A stretch of DNA of 64,000 nucleotides from an uncultured bacterium (GTDB taxonomy: Bacteria; Cyanobacteriota; Vampirovibrionia; Gastranaerophilales; Gastranaerophilaceae), in contig CADAYD010000005.1 of NCBI GenBank assembly GCA_902791985.1, positions 50,454-114,453 of the forward strand, given 5' to 3'. The notes beneath the pieces are model-generated. The model was not told where the DNA came from, ran no database searches, and saw only the letters and a list, made by a program, of their open reading frames with translations. Shown in pieces: positions 9,421 to 19,087 of the stretch. A program made the position numbers and the translations under genes. The first letter of the stretch is position 1. Each line of letters starts with the position of its first letter.

Positions 9421-10890
9421 CTAGCTTGTTGAGCCAGGATGTTTTTTCTCGTATTTATCTGCAGCTTTGTCTGCTTTTTCCTGAAGTTTTGTTGCTTTGC
9501 TTAAATTATCTTTTAATGTTTGCATTTTTGTATTAAATTCTTCGCAGTGTGCTATTACACCCTGTGCATCGTCCAATGCAGCTTGTGCCTGTGTTAAATT
9601 GGAATTTGTCATATCAAATGTTTTTTGTGCGTCGTCAAATCCATTTTGTGCGTTTTGGACATCTTTTTCTGCCTTACGACATTGTGCTATAGCATCTTGA
9701 AGATCATTATGATTTTTTTCTAATGCTTTCAAAGCGTTTTCTTTTGCTTCTCTTGCTGCTGTAACAGCAGCTTCTGCTTGTGTTAATTCTTCTTGAGCGT
9801 TAGTTAATTTTTCTTCTGCTTCTCTAAGACTTTCTTGTGCCTTAGTTTCTGCAGCTATTGCCTGTTCTAATGCACTTTTTGCTGCTGCTTTTTGTGCTGA
9901 ATGTTCGGCATCGTTAGGAATTGCATCGTAAGCTTTTTGTGCGGCATTTTTATTTGCAGTTGCTTGGGTTAATGCTGATTTTGCTGTTGCTACTCCTTGT
10001 TGACAAGTGCTTACTTCAGCTTGTTTCTTATCTTTTATTCCTTCTTTGGCAGTCAAATTTGTACACGCATTCTTATATGTTTCATCTTGTGCCGATAGAA
10101 CTTCATCCTTTTGAGTTCTGTTTAGTTTTGCGGATTGCAATGTTCCCTGCCTTGTTCCGAGTTCTGCTTTGGCATTTTTCATATCTGTATCAGCATTATC
10201 TCGATTTGCTAATAAGGTTTTTTGGTTTGTCATAGCATCTGCCTGACGACCTTTTAGAATATTAAATGTTGCTTCCGCTTGATTTACATCGTTATATGCT
10301 GTTGAAACAAGATTTTGAGCGCTGGTACGTAATGCCCCCGGATCCATTGTTTCGGATCTCATATATGCTTCAACAGAGCTATATGTTGCATCAAAATTAG
10401 CGCCGTATGAATCTGCTTTAGGTAACCCTATACTGCTTAAATCCGATGGATTTACAGGAGTATAATTCCCAAATGCACTTTGCATTCTATCTGTTAGTGT
10501 ATTGCCTGCTGATATGTTTGTCGGAGTATCACCTTTACTAAATATACCCATTTGATTCAGCATACCTATTGCTTGCATTGCGGCATTTATTCCGGTGCCA
10601 ATACTTAGACCGGCACTATAAGATGCCGGTGTACTGACATTAACCGTTCTTGATGCACTGACAGAGTTTCCTCCGGCTACATACCCGCTTCTGTATGCGT
10701 GCATATCTCTATTTGCACGTATCGCCATATTTCGAGCTGACGTTACAGGTGTTCCGCCATATCTGTTTGCCCTCATAAATAATCGGCTGGTAGCACCATA
10801 TTGAGCATATTCTCTCATGCTGCCTCTGTTGGAACTAATCCCTCCGGCAACATTCCTTATATTTAGATTTGATTGTAGCGTCAAAGCCAT
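9421..10890 (-). CDS. Hypothetical protein: Gly/Ser/Asn/Arg-rich N-terminal ~200 aa followed by ~290 aa of Ala/Gln/Glu/Lys-rich coiled coil
   Basis: Long ORF with no signal peptide. The C-terminal half is heptad-like (AQKAYDA, AEEKLTNAQEELTQAEAAV, LTQAQAALDDAQ). I recognise no family. Confidence 0.6.
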   Translation of the reverse strand: MALTLQSNLNIRNVAGGISSNRGSMREYAQYGATSRLFMRANRYGGTPVTSARNMAIRANRDMHAYRSGYVAGGNSVSASRTVNVSTPASYSAGLSIGTGINAAMQAIGMLNQMGIFSKGDTPTNISAGNTLTDRMQSAFGNYTPVNPSDLSSIGLPKADSYGANFDATYSSVEAYMRSETMDPGALRTSAQNLVSTAYNDVNQAEATFNILKGRQADAMTNQKTLLANRDNADTDMKNAKAELGTRQGTLQSAKLNRTQKDEVLSAQDETYKNACTNLTAKEGIKDKKQAEVSTCQQGVATAKSALTQATANKNAAQKAYDAIPNDAEHSAQKAAAKSALEQAIAAETKAQESLREAEEKLTNAQEELTQAEAAVTAAREAKENALKALEKNHNDLQDAIAQCRKAEKDVQNAQNGFDDAQKTFDMTNSNLTQAQAALDDAQGVIAHCEEFNTKMQTLKDNLSKATKLQEKADKAADKYEKKHPGSTS

Positions 10891-10925
10891 GATATACTCT
10901 CTCTAATTTTTGCTCTCATGTATAT

Positions 10926-10964
10926 AAAAAAAATTGGAAAGCCTGAATTGCACATGCTTTCCAA
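10926..10964 (-). terminator. Rho-independent terminator after serB
   Basis: TTGGAAAGC...GCTTTCCAA stem, followed on the minus strand by a run of 8 T. Confidence 0.7.
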
Positions 10965-10996
10965 TTTTGTTACAAATGTTTACATTATTTTTTTAT

Positions 10997-11623
10997 TTAT
11001 ATATATTTTAGTATTTTACTCAAATCTTTTTCTTCAACAATAATGTTTGCTTTTTCTTTTAATATAGGTTTTGCACAAAAGGCAACTCTTGTTCCCGCAT
11101 GTTTAAACATGCTCAAATCATTAGCGCCGTCGCCGACTGCGATGGTATTTTGCTCTGAAACATCAAGAATTTTTTGCAGCCTTTGTAACATTTGACCTTT
11201 AGAATCGTTAAACATCATTTCACCTCCGACAAGTCCTGTTAAAACACCGTCTTTTGAATGTAAAATGTTTGCAAACTCTCCGTCTAAGCCAAGCTTTTTG
11301 GCAAATAAAATCGTCGCATTGCGAAATCCGCCGGAAAAACAAACCACTTTGAAGCCTTTTTCTTTTAATCCGGAAACGACTTCTTGTGCGCCGTTCATAA
11401 GTGGTAAATGCTCACAAATTTCATTAATTTTTTGTTCAGGGAAACCTTTTAGAAATGACACGCGTTTTGTCAGGCTTTCAAAAAAATCCAGTTCCCCGTT
11501 CATCGCGCGGTCTGTTATTTCTTTAACCTTATCACCGATACCGATTTCGCGTGCGAAAAATTCCAATGTTTCGCCGTCCATTAATGTAGAATCAAAATCA
11601 AATACTGCAAGTTTGTTTGTCAT
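10997..11623 (-). CDS. serB: Phosphoserine phosphatase (HAD superfamily)
   Basis: HAD motif I FDFDSTL and motif IV GDGANDLSM. The gene lies in an operon with serA and an aminotransferase. Confidence 0.85.
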   Translation of the reverse strand: MTNKLAVFDFDSTLMDGETLEFFAREIGIGDKVKEITDRAMNGELDFFESLTKRVSFLKGFPEQKINEICEHLPLMNGAQEVVSGLKEKGFKVVCFSGGFRNATILFAKKLGLDGEFANILHSKDGVLTGLVGGEMMFNDSKGQMLQRLQKILDVSEQNTIAVGDGANDLSMFKHAGTRVAFCAKPILKEKANIIVEEKDLSKILKYI

Positions 11624-11667
11624 TGTTTCCTCTTATTCGTACCGTCGGGGGAAGGGAATAATGATTT

Positions 11668-13260
11668 TTACACTGTCAAATTTACATACTTAGGACTGTG
11701 AACCCCGTCGATTTTGGCTATTTCTTTTAGTACGTCGTCGCTCACACTTGAATCAACGTTTATAACCATGATTGATTCGGTTTCGTGTCTGTCGTTTTTC
11801 TGAACAACGTTCATTGAACCGATATTGATTCCTTTTTCGCCGATAACCTGAGCTACTTTTGCAATCATAGATGGCTTGTTGACGTGTGGAACTATCAAAA
11901 CGTGTCTTTCCGGTCTGATACTTGTTTGATAGCAATTTATTTTAACAATTCTTGGAACGTCTTTTGTAATGAGTGCTCCGGCAACAACGGTTGTTTCTTT
12001 GTCTGTTGTCAATCTTACTGTAATTCTTCCTGCAAAATTACTTTTAATCTTTGAGTGTGTTGAAATGATATCTATTCCTCGTTTTTTAGCGATTAGCGGT
12101 GCATTTACATAATTAACCCCTTCAAGTCTTGAGGATAAAATACCTTTTAAAACAGCAACTTCTAAAGGTTGAATGTCTAAATCCGCCAAATCACCATCTG
12201 CGGTTATTTCAATTGTTTGAACAGCACCATTTGAGAGTTGTACCGCAAGTTCGCCGGTATTTTCTGCAATCTGCATATAATCCTTGACCGGCTCAAGTTT
12301 ATCAGGCCTTAAAGATGGTATATTAACGGCTGATGAAGCAGAGCCTCCTGATAGAACTTCTTTAATTTGCTCAGCGACATCGATTGCAACATTCATTTGC
12401 GCTTCCTGTGTGCTTGCGCCCAAATGAGGGGTTAAAACGATGTTGCCTTTGCAGTTGATAAGCGGACATTCTGCTATATTAGGTTCGTTTTCGTAAACGT
12501 CAATGGCTGCTGATGCGACTTTTCCGCTGTCAATGGCTTCTTTTAAGTCACATTCGTTAATAATCCCGCCTCTTGCGCAATTGACAAGTCTTACGCCGTC
12601 TTTCATTTTGGCGATAGTGTTCTTATTAATCATGTTAACTGTGTCTTTTGTTTTTGGCACGTGTACCGTAATAAAATCACATTTACCCCAGAATTCGTCT
12701 AATTCTTCAATGTACTCTCCGCCAAATTTTTCTACAACTGCTTTTGAGGTAAACGGGTCATAAACAACGACTTTCATTCCAAGCGCTAATGCGATTTCGC
12801 CAACGTGCGAACCTATTTTGCCAAATCCGATAATCCCGAGAGTCTTTTTATAGAGCTCGGTTCCGGTAAATTTACTTCTATCCCATTTACCCTCTTTGGT
12901 TGATGTGGCTGCAGGTGCAATATTACGAGCCATTGCAAGCATTAAAGCAACAGTATGTTCTGATGCTGCCATAGTGTTGCCGTCAGGGGAATTTACAACG
13001 ATAATCCCGTTTTGTGTTGCGCTTTCAAGGTCAATGTTATCAACTCCGACCCCTGCTCTGCCGATAATTTTGAGATTTTTCCCCGCTTCAATTACTTTCG
13101 GGGTTACTTTTGTTTGACTGCGAACCATCAATGCGTCGTATTCGCCGATAACTTTAACAAGCTCATCCTCGCTCATTGTCGGAAGAAAGTCTACCTGTGC
13201 CACTTTTTCAATTATTCTTCCTGCGGCTTCATTTATTTTATCAGTTACTAATACTTTCAT
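11668..13260 (-). CDS. serA: D-3-phosphoglycerate dehydrogenase, long form with C-terminal ACT domain
   Basis: NAD-binding motif GIIGFGKIGSHVG. The 530-aa length has ASB/ACT-like C-terminal regions. Confidence 0.9.
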   Translation of the reverse strand: MKVLVTDKINEAAGRIIEKVAQVDFLPTMSEDELVKVIGEYDALMVRSQTKVTPKVIEAGKNLKIIGRAGVGVDNIDLESATQNGIIVVNSPDGNTMAASEHTVALMLAMARNIAPAATSTKEGKWDRSKFTGTELYKKTLGIIGFGKIGSHVGEIALALGMKVVVYDPFTSKAVVEKFGGEYIEELDEFWGKCDFITVHVPKTKDTVNMINKNTIAKMKDGVRLVNCARGGIINECDLKEAIDSGKVASAAIDVYENEPNIAECPLINCKGNIVLTPHLGASTQEAQMNVAIDVAEQIKEVLSGGSASSAVNIPSLRPDKLEPVKDYMQIAENTGELAVQLSNGAVQTIEITADGDLADLDIQPLEVAVLKGILSSRLEGVNYVNAPLIAKKRGIDIISTHSKIKSNFAGRITVRLTTDKETTVVAGALITKDVPRIVKINCYQTSIRPERHVLIVPHVNKPSMIAKVAQVIGEKGINIGSMNVVQKNDRHETESIMVINVDSSVSDDVLKEIAKIDGVHSPKYVNLTV

Positions 13261-13273
13261 TTGTTTCCCCTTA

Positions 13274-14431
13274 TTATTTTGCCAATTCTTTAATTATTGT
13301 CGCAACGCCTGAACCGAGTTCAAATTTGTAACCCAGTTTATACAAGGTTGCTTCTAACGCTCCGATTGCACTGATTAAATCTCTGTCGCAGACAAAACCA
13401 AGTGTTCCCATTCTGAAAATTTTGTCTTTAAGTGCGTTTTGTCCGTTTGCAACAACGATATCAAAATCCTGAGTGATGGTTTTTCTGATATCCGGAACAC
13501 TTATCCCTTCCGGCGGGTAAATCGAAGTGATTGAATGGCTTGCGTTTTTGTCTTCTTTTACAACAAGTTCCAAACCTATTGCTCGAATTGCAGCTCTTAG
13601 TGCTCTGCAATGACGTGCGTGACGTGTATTAAAGTTTTCAATACCTTCTTCTTTAATCATTTCAAGAGCCTTGTCTAAACCTACAAACAAATTGACCGCA
13701 GGTGTAAACGGTGTAGATGCACCTTGAACAGATTTTCTGTAAGCACCCCAATCCCAATAAAAACTCGGGTGTTTGCATTGTTCATAAACTTTCCATGCTC
13801 TTTCATTTGCAACAAGAAAAGCAAGTCCAGGGGGAATCATAAACCCTTTTTGTGAGCCGGAAACCAAAACGTCAATTCCCCATTCATCCGGTTTACATTC
13901 CATTGCACAGATTGATGTTACTCCGTCAACGACAGATAAAGCGCCATGCTCTCTGATTATAGAGCAAAGAGTTTTAATATCGTTTGCTGCGCCTGTCGAA
14001 GTTTCACTGTGGGTTAGGGTTACGATTTTGATTTCTTTATTGACGTCTTGCGCTAAGCGTGCTCGTAAAACTTCAGGGTCAATAACTTCGCCGGTTTCGA
14101 CTTCAATTTTTTCGACTTCAGCACCTCGACTTTGAGCAATTTTTGCCCAACGATTGCCAAAGTTGCCCAACACAAGTGATAAAACCTTATCACCCTCATT
14201 AATAAGATTTTCCAGAGCAGCGCACATTGCGCCTGTTCCTGATGAGGTGTAAACAAACACGTCATTTTGCGTTCTGAATACGTATTTTAAGTTCGCATAA
14301 ACCCGTTCAAGAATTTTTGAAAACTCACTGCTCCTGTGTCCTATTGGATGTTTTGCAATTTCTAACATAACACTTTCCGGAACCGGTGTAGGTCCTGGTA
14401 TCATTAAAAAAGTCTTATCTCTCATGTTCAT
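13274..14431 (-). CDS. Class V aminotransferase (serine-pyruvate / phosphoserine aminotransferase type)
   Basis: The PLP-lysine context SGSQKGFMIPPG and class V overall pattern. Its position upstream of serA-serB suggests it supplies the phosphoserine aminotransferase step. Confidence 0.8.
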   Translation of the reverse strand: MNMRDKTFLMIPGPTPVPESVMLEIAKHPIGHRSSEFSKILERVYANLKYVFRTQNDVFVYTSSGTGAMCAALENLINEGDKVLSLVLGNFGNRWAKIAQSRGAEVEKIEVETGEVIDPEVLRARLAQDVNKEIKIVTLTHSETSTGAANDIKTLCSIIREHGALSVVDGVTSICAMECKPDEWGIDVLVSGSQKGFMIPPGLAFLVANERAWKVYEQCKHPSFYWDWGAYRKSVQGASTPFTPAVNLFVGLDKALEMIKEEGIENFNTRHARHCRALRAAIRAIGLELVVKEDKNASHSITSIYPPEGISVPDIRKTITQDFDIVVANGQNALKDKIFRMGTLGFVCDRDLISAIGALEATLYKLGYKFELGSGVATIIKELAK

Positions 14432-14562
14432 ATCCCTTCTATGCTTAAATTTTATAATCTGATTCTACCACATCAAAATCAAATATAAAACATTCTTAAT
14501 AAAAGTAGCAAAAAATATATTTACGGTTTTTAGTATAATTAAGTATAAGAGAAAGGATAATT

Positions 14563-15075
14563 ATGAATATTTTAGCTGTTAATTCTGCAAATACATCTGT
14601 AAATCCTACTTTTAAGGCAAGTATAAACGGAATAAAATTACCAAAAAACACAGAGAAAGAAATTAAAAAATTGGAGAAGGCTTGTGAGGTCTTAATAGGT
14701 AGAGACCAACATTTATCAGAAACTCCGGTAGGAACTAAAACTGCTTTTTATAGCAAATATAGCAGAAATTTTGATATTCCGATTTCTGATGCTGCTTCTG
14801 TGGATGTTGTTACTTATCAAAATAAAATACACAGTGTGCATGCGGTTAATGTTGAGGATGTAAAAGGTAAAAAGATTGTCAAATCATTTTATTTGTATAA
14901 TGGATGCAAAGGGGCAGTAGACCCTATCCCGACTATTAATTACTCTGAACACGAAGCAAGAAAACCACTTAGCGGGTTTGACCACTATTATAAAAGCGGT
15001 AGTGAAATAGACTCTAAAAACGGAAAACTCATAGAAAAATTAGTATCTTTAATTTCGGAAAAATTAGGTATATAG
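14563..15075 (+). CDS. Hypothetical protein (170 aa) with N-terminal NPTFKAS tag-like motif
   Basis: ORF with AAAGGA RBS. It is the first of three tightly packed genes. I recognise no family. Confidence 0.6.
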   Translation: MNILAVNSANTSVNPTFKASINGIKLPKNTEKEIKKLEKACEVLIGRDQHLSETPVGTKTAFYSKYSRNFDIPISDAASVDVVTYQNKIHSVHAVNVEDVKGKKIVKSFYLYNGCKGAVDPIPTINYSEHEARKPLSGFDHYYKSGSEIDSKNGKLIEKLVSLISEKLGI

Positions 15076-15078
15076 CTG

Positions 15079-16791
15079 ATGGATTTAAAGATTAACCCAT
15101 ATAACCGAAATATTAATTTTAAATCTTCCCAAATGAATATCATATCAATGGCAGATAATCATGGGGATTTATTAAATATGCCTCAAATGATGAAAGCTAT
15201 TCAAGTCAATAAAAAGGATATTTTTGAAAAAGGTTTGGAAAAGAGTACTTCAAATGTTTTTGCTATTGCAGGTGATTTTTTTATGAATCCAAAAAAGACA
15301 GGATATCTTACAAATCCGGAATTTTCAAATGGCGATATTCAATATAATTTTCTGTCAAAAATGTTGTACACTGCAAAGGCTGCTGCCTGTTTTAATAATT
15401 TCGAGGCGGTTTATACTCCGGGAAATCACTGCTACGATGGCGGTGACGAGTGGCTTTATAAAAAGTTGCAGCGTGCTCCGATGACAACTATTTTAACCAA
15501 TGTTGATAAAAGTGAATCTCCGCTTGTACGTAAATTACTTGAAGAAAGCAGAAATATTGTTACCGAAAGAATTATAACAATCCCTGACAGTAAAAAGCCA
15601 TCTATACAAAATAAAGTTTTAATTCTTGGAGTTACAATTCCCAGTATGGACTACTACAATCCGGGATTACTTGTCGGTACAAAATTTTATGATAATTCAA
15701 CAAAGAATGATGCAAATTTGCAGAGAAAAGATTTACAAAAAACATTTGGAAAGATAAAAAGGACTGTCGCCAAATTCAAAGATAACAATCCTGACGGGGC
15801 TGTTGTAGTTATGGCTCATACAGGGAATAAAATATCAATGATGCTTGCTGACAGAGTTCCTGATATAAATCTTATTTTAAATGGGCACGATCATAAAGAA
15901 TTTGAAATTATAAAAGGTAATACCCTGATTTTATCTCATGGGCAGGGAAGTAAATTTTTACGTTCAACGGCATTGAAATTTAATAACAAAGGTGTTCTTG
16001 AAGAAATACGTTCTAAAAAGATTGAAACCGATAAATATGATCAGGTTGCAAGAAAAGATAAAAATCTGCAGGATTTTTTGGCTGTCAACATAGGTAAAGA
16101 TCTTGAACCGATTGTAAAATTTAGAAATGATGCAGGTACTCCTGAAGAAATGGTACTGGATGATTCCATTCGATATTCCAATAATATTCTTGCAAATTAT
16201 GTAACCAGTGCAATTAAACGCCCGTTAAGAGATGTTTATCCTGACATTGACGCTGTCGGAATTCCTGCTTCTGTATTTCGTAACGGATTAAAAAGTAATG
16301 AAAGGCGTCATACTCTAAACAATCTTGATTTAATGAAAATGTTTGACGGAGTCAGTGAGAATTTATCACAGGTAAAAATTGGGCAAGTTAGCGGACAGGA
16401 TTTGAGTGATTTAATTATTGAGAATGTTATTAATAATTTAAAATCAAGAACCAGAAATGTAATTATACAGTGGTCAGATATTCAAGTAAATCGAACTATG
16501 ATAAAGGATATTACAAAGCACGGTGCGGATGGGAATTTATATGATGCAATAAAAATAAAAAATCCTAAAACTCGTAAATTTGAGAAAATTAAGCCTGATA
16601 AAATTTACACAATAGCGTTGCCGGAAAAGTATTTACAAAAAGAATCTTCATCAATTAAGATTCCGGCACTAATAAAGGATAAATTTAAAGATACCGGCGA
16701 AACTTACGATTCGTTATTCAGAAAATATTTGCATATGATAGATTACAAGGTAAAAATTACGGATAAAACCAGAGAAAAAAGAATTTTGTAA
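15079..16791 (+). CDS. Metallophosphoesterase / 5'-nucleotidase-like protein, no signal peptide
   Basis: Calcineurin-like motifs (DNHGD, GDFF, GNHCYD, GHDH) plus a C-terminal region resembling the 5'-nucleotidase substrate-binding domain. The N-terminus carries NINFKSS. Confidence 0.7.
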   Translation: MDLKINPYNRNINFKSSQMNIISMADNHGDLLNMPQMMKAIQVNKKDIFEKGLEKSTSNVFAIAGDFFMNPKKTGYLTNPEFSNGDIQYNFLSKMLYTAKAAACFNNFEAVYTPGNHCYDGGDEWLYKKLQRAPMTTILTNVDKSESPLVRKLLEESRNIVTERIITIPDSKKPSIQNKVLILGVTIPSMDYYNPGLLVGTKFYDNSTKNDANLQRKDLQKTFGKIKRTVAKFKDNNPDGAVVVMAHTGNKISMMLADRVPDINLILNGHDHKEFEIIKGNTLILSHGQGSKFLRSTALKFNNKGVLEEIRSKKIETDKYDQVARKDKNLQDFLAVNIGKDLEPIVKFRNDAGTPEEMVLDDSIRYSNNILANYVTSAIKRPLRDVYPDIDAVGIPASVFRNGLKSNERRHTLNNLDLMKMFDGVSENLSQVKIGQVSGQDLSDLIIENVINNLKSRTRNVIIQWSDIQVNRTMIKDITKHGADGNLYDAIKIKNPKTRKFEKIKPDKIYTIALPEKYLQKESSSIKIPALIKDKFKDTGETYDSLFRKYLHMIDYKVKITDKTREKRIL

Positions 16792-16803
16792 CAGGAGTTA
16801 AAA

Positions 16804-18096
16804 ATGTACGTAAATAAAATAAGCACATATAATCATGTACCGACATTCAAAAGTAATGTTGTTGTAGATATAGGCGGTTCTCAAAGAGAAGGTTCTTGCA
16901 AGATGCGTTATGAAACAACTGAAGATACGCAGCCGATTTTAACCGAAGATACTACAGTAAATGATCTTGGGAAATCAAGATTTCAAGATGCTTGTGATTT
17001 TAAAAATCATATTGTAAAAAGAATAGGAAAAGTTCAAAAAGATGGCAGAAGAATTGTTAAAGAAAAAGGTTATGATCCAAGTGAAAATGCCATAAAAAAT
17101 GTCACAATATTTTTGCCGAGTTATACTTCTGACAATTACGCATTTTACCTGCCTAATCATCGTAATATCAATGACAGACCCTTGAAAGATTTGGATTTTC
17201 GTAATTTAAAAAAGGAAATGATTGACAGCGGATTGGAGATTGCTCCTGATATGAAATTCAAGGTTCTTCAAGATGCTATGGGAACCGGAATTGCTGTTAC
17301 TCAGAGATTGTATGATAACGGAATGCTCAATGAAGGCAGTTATTATACTGCAGTAATAACAGGCGGAGGCTGTGGAATTGCCAACATAGAAATGCCTGAT
17401 AGTGAAAAGGTAATAATCAAATCAAGCGGCAGCCGTTATTTTATTCAAGGTAATAATATGGTAAAGGTTTCGGCAGAAGGTGCATCTGCTCCGTCGTTCA
17501 TCAGAAACTTTTGTAAATCGATGAAAATGAATGACGAGTTAATAGAGGATATAAAATCTTGTCACAGAGCTGAGTTTACGACCTCAGAAGTCAGCAAATT
17601 GCCTCGAAATGTTAAGACAGAAAAGTTGAAAGAGTTGCTGCTCGAGTCAGGCATGTTTGAAATCAATGATAAAAATCCCGATTTTATAATAACAAAGGTT
17701 AAGGATCAATACAGAAATCGTTTTGATCAGGCAAGACGTCATGCTATTCACCAATACTGTCTTGCACTTGCCGGTTTGGGAAGCATAAAGAAGAACGAAG
17801 GTTCAAACGGCATGATTATTACCGGCAAATTTGCTCGTGCTCTTGATATGGTTGCAAGAAAACATTATAAACAGGGCTTGGCAGAATGGACAATGCGTCT
17901 TATGGCTCAGTCTTATGATTCTTATGAAATAGAAAAAATGCAGCAGGCAGCTTATCATTTTGAAGTAATGTGCGATGACAGATTTTTTATAGATAACAAC
18001 ACAGAGTGCGGCAAACTTGCTCACAAGGTTGAGTATGTCAATCCGATCAGGGGAAATTGGATTAAGCTAAACGTTGCAAATTTGAAAAATGATTAA
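16804..18096 (+). CDS. Hypothetical ASKHA-fold (sugar-kinase/hexokinase-like) protein
   Basis: Phosphate-1-like VVVDIGGS and phosphate-2-like AVITGGGCGIANI. The N-terminus carries VPTFKSN. The family call is tentative. Confidence 0.45.
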   Translation: MYVNKISTYNHVPTFKSNVVVDIGGSQREGSCKMRYETTEDTQPILTEDTTVNDLGKSRFQDACDFKNHIVKRIGKVQKDGRRIVKEKGYDPSENAIKNVTIFLPSYTSDNYAFYLPNHRNINDRPLKDLDFRNLKKEMIDSGLEIAPDMKFKVLQDAMGTGIAVTQRLYDNGMLNEGSYYTAVITGGGCGIANIEMPDSEKVIIKSSGSRYFIQGNNMVKVSAEGASAPSFIRNFCKSMKMNDELIEDIKSCHRAEFTTSEVSKLPRNVKTEKLKELLLESGMFEINDKNPDFIITKVKDQYRNRFDQARRHAIHQYCLALAGLGSIKKNEGSNGMIITGKFARALDMVARKHYKQGLAEWTMRLMAQSYDSYEIEKMQQAAYHFEVMCDDRFFIDNNTECGKLAHKVEYVNPIRGNWIKLNVANLKND

Positions 18097-18169
18097 TTTT
18101 CTGTTTAGTTTTGTATCAAAATTTTAAAAATTATTTTGCAAGAAAAAAAATCGTGCTAGACTTCTTTTT

Positions 18170-18796
18170 ATGAAAGAGGAAGTTAAATATACACCTGCAG
18201 AAGAGTTTGCAAACGCATTTACGCATTCAATCGGTGCGTTGCTGTCGATTTATGCGATAGTTATGCTTGCTGTAAATTCGCACAATCCGGTTGAAGTTGC
18301 TTCGACTGCAATATTTGGGGCGACTTTGTTTATTTTGTTTCAATCTTCGGCGCTTTATCATGCGATGGTTAATCAGACTGCTAAGAAAGTGTTTCAAAAG
18401 ATTGACCACAGCGCAATATTTATGTTGATTGCAGGAACTTACACCCCAATCTTGTTATTGGTTGTTCCTTTCCCGCTTTCTGTTGCGCTGCTTGCAATGA
18501 CTTGGTATTTAGCGATTACGGGTATAATTTATTCTTGCTTAACCCTAAAATTTAAGTATCTTTCTACCGGCTTATATCTGGTAATGGGTTGGCTGTCTCT
18601 GTTTTTGGCTTATTCAATTTGGAATAACGCCAGCCACAGCGCTTTATGGTGGCTTTTGGGCGGAGGCTTGATGTACTCTGTCGGTTGTGTTTTTTATTTG
18701 TTGAAGAAAAAGTTTATGCACAGTATCTGGCATTTGTTTGTAATAGCCGGAGCAATGGCGCACTATTTGGCTATTTTGGAAGTGTTGAAAAAGTAG
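18170..18796 (+). CDS. Hemolysin III / PAQR family membrane protein
   Basis: Seven predicted TM segments and the conserved HS..A...Y, DHSAIF and H..V motifs typical of the HlyIII family. Confidence 0.85.
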   Translation: MKEEVKYTPAEEFANAFTHSIGALLSIYAIVMLAVNSHNPVEVASTAIFGATLFILFQSSALYHAMVNQTAKKVFQKIDHSAIFMLIAGTYTPILLLVVPFPLSVALLAMTWYLAITGIIYSCLTLKFKYLSTGLYLVMGWLSLFLAYSIWNNASHSALWWLLGGGLMYSVGCVFYLLKKKFMHSIWHLFVIAGAMAHYLAILEVLKK

Positions 18797-19087
18797 ACTT
18801 TTCTGTTCCTCTTTTGTTTAGGTGAGGTCATGCCAAGGCCCTAACGGGATTGTCCTATCCGAAAATCATAGATTCCCACCATCCATCAAGGAGGAATGGT
18901 ACTTTTTTGCATGTTTTTTACGCCAATCAGCCAAAAATCCTTATCAATCCATCGATTTAACTTTTTCTATATATTTCTTAATGAATGAGCATGACTCTTT
19001 TAATTATGATATACTTATTATACAATATGGGTATTCTACACGTTTTATTGGAAGTAAGAGTAATAGAATAAATTAAGGAGTATAAGA

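Noticed and set aside
18797-19087. 290-nt leader upstream of the autotransporter containing GC-richer patches (GGTGAGGTCATGCCAAGGCCCTAACGGG...) and an 84-aa ORF (18822..19076). I considered a riboswitch or leader peptide.
   Set aside because: I recognised no known riboswitch core sequence. The ORF lacks an RBS and has junk-like composition. It could still be a structured 5' UTR, but I cannot support that.
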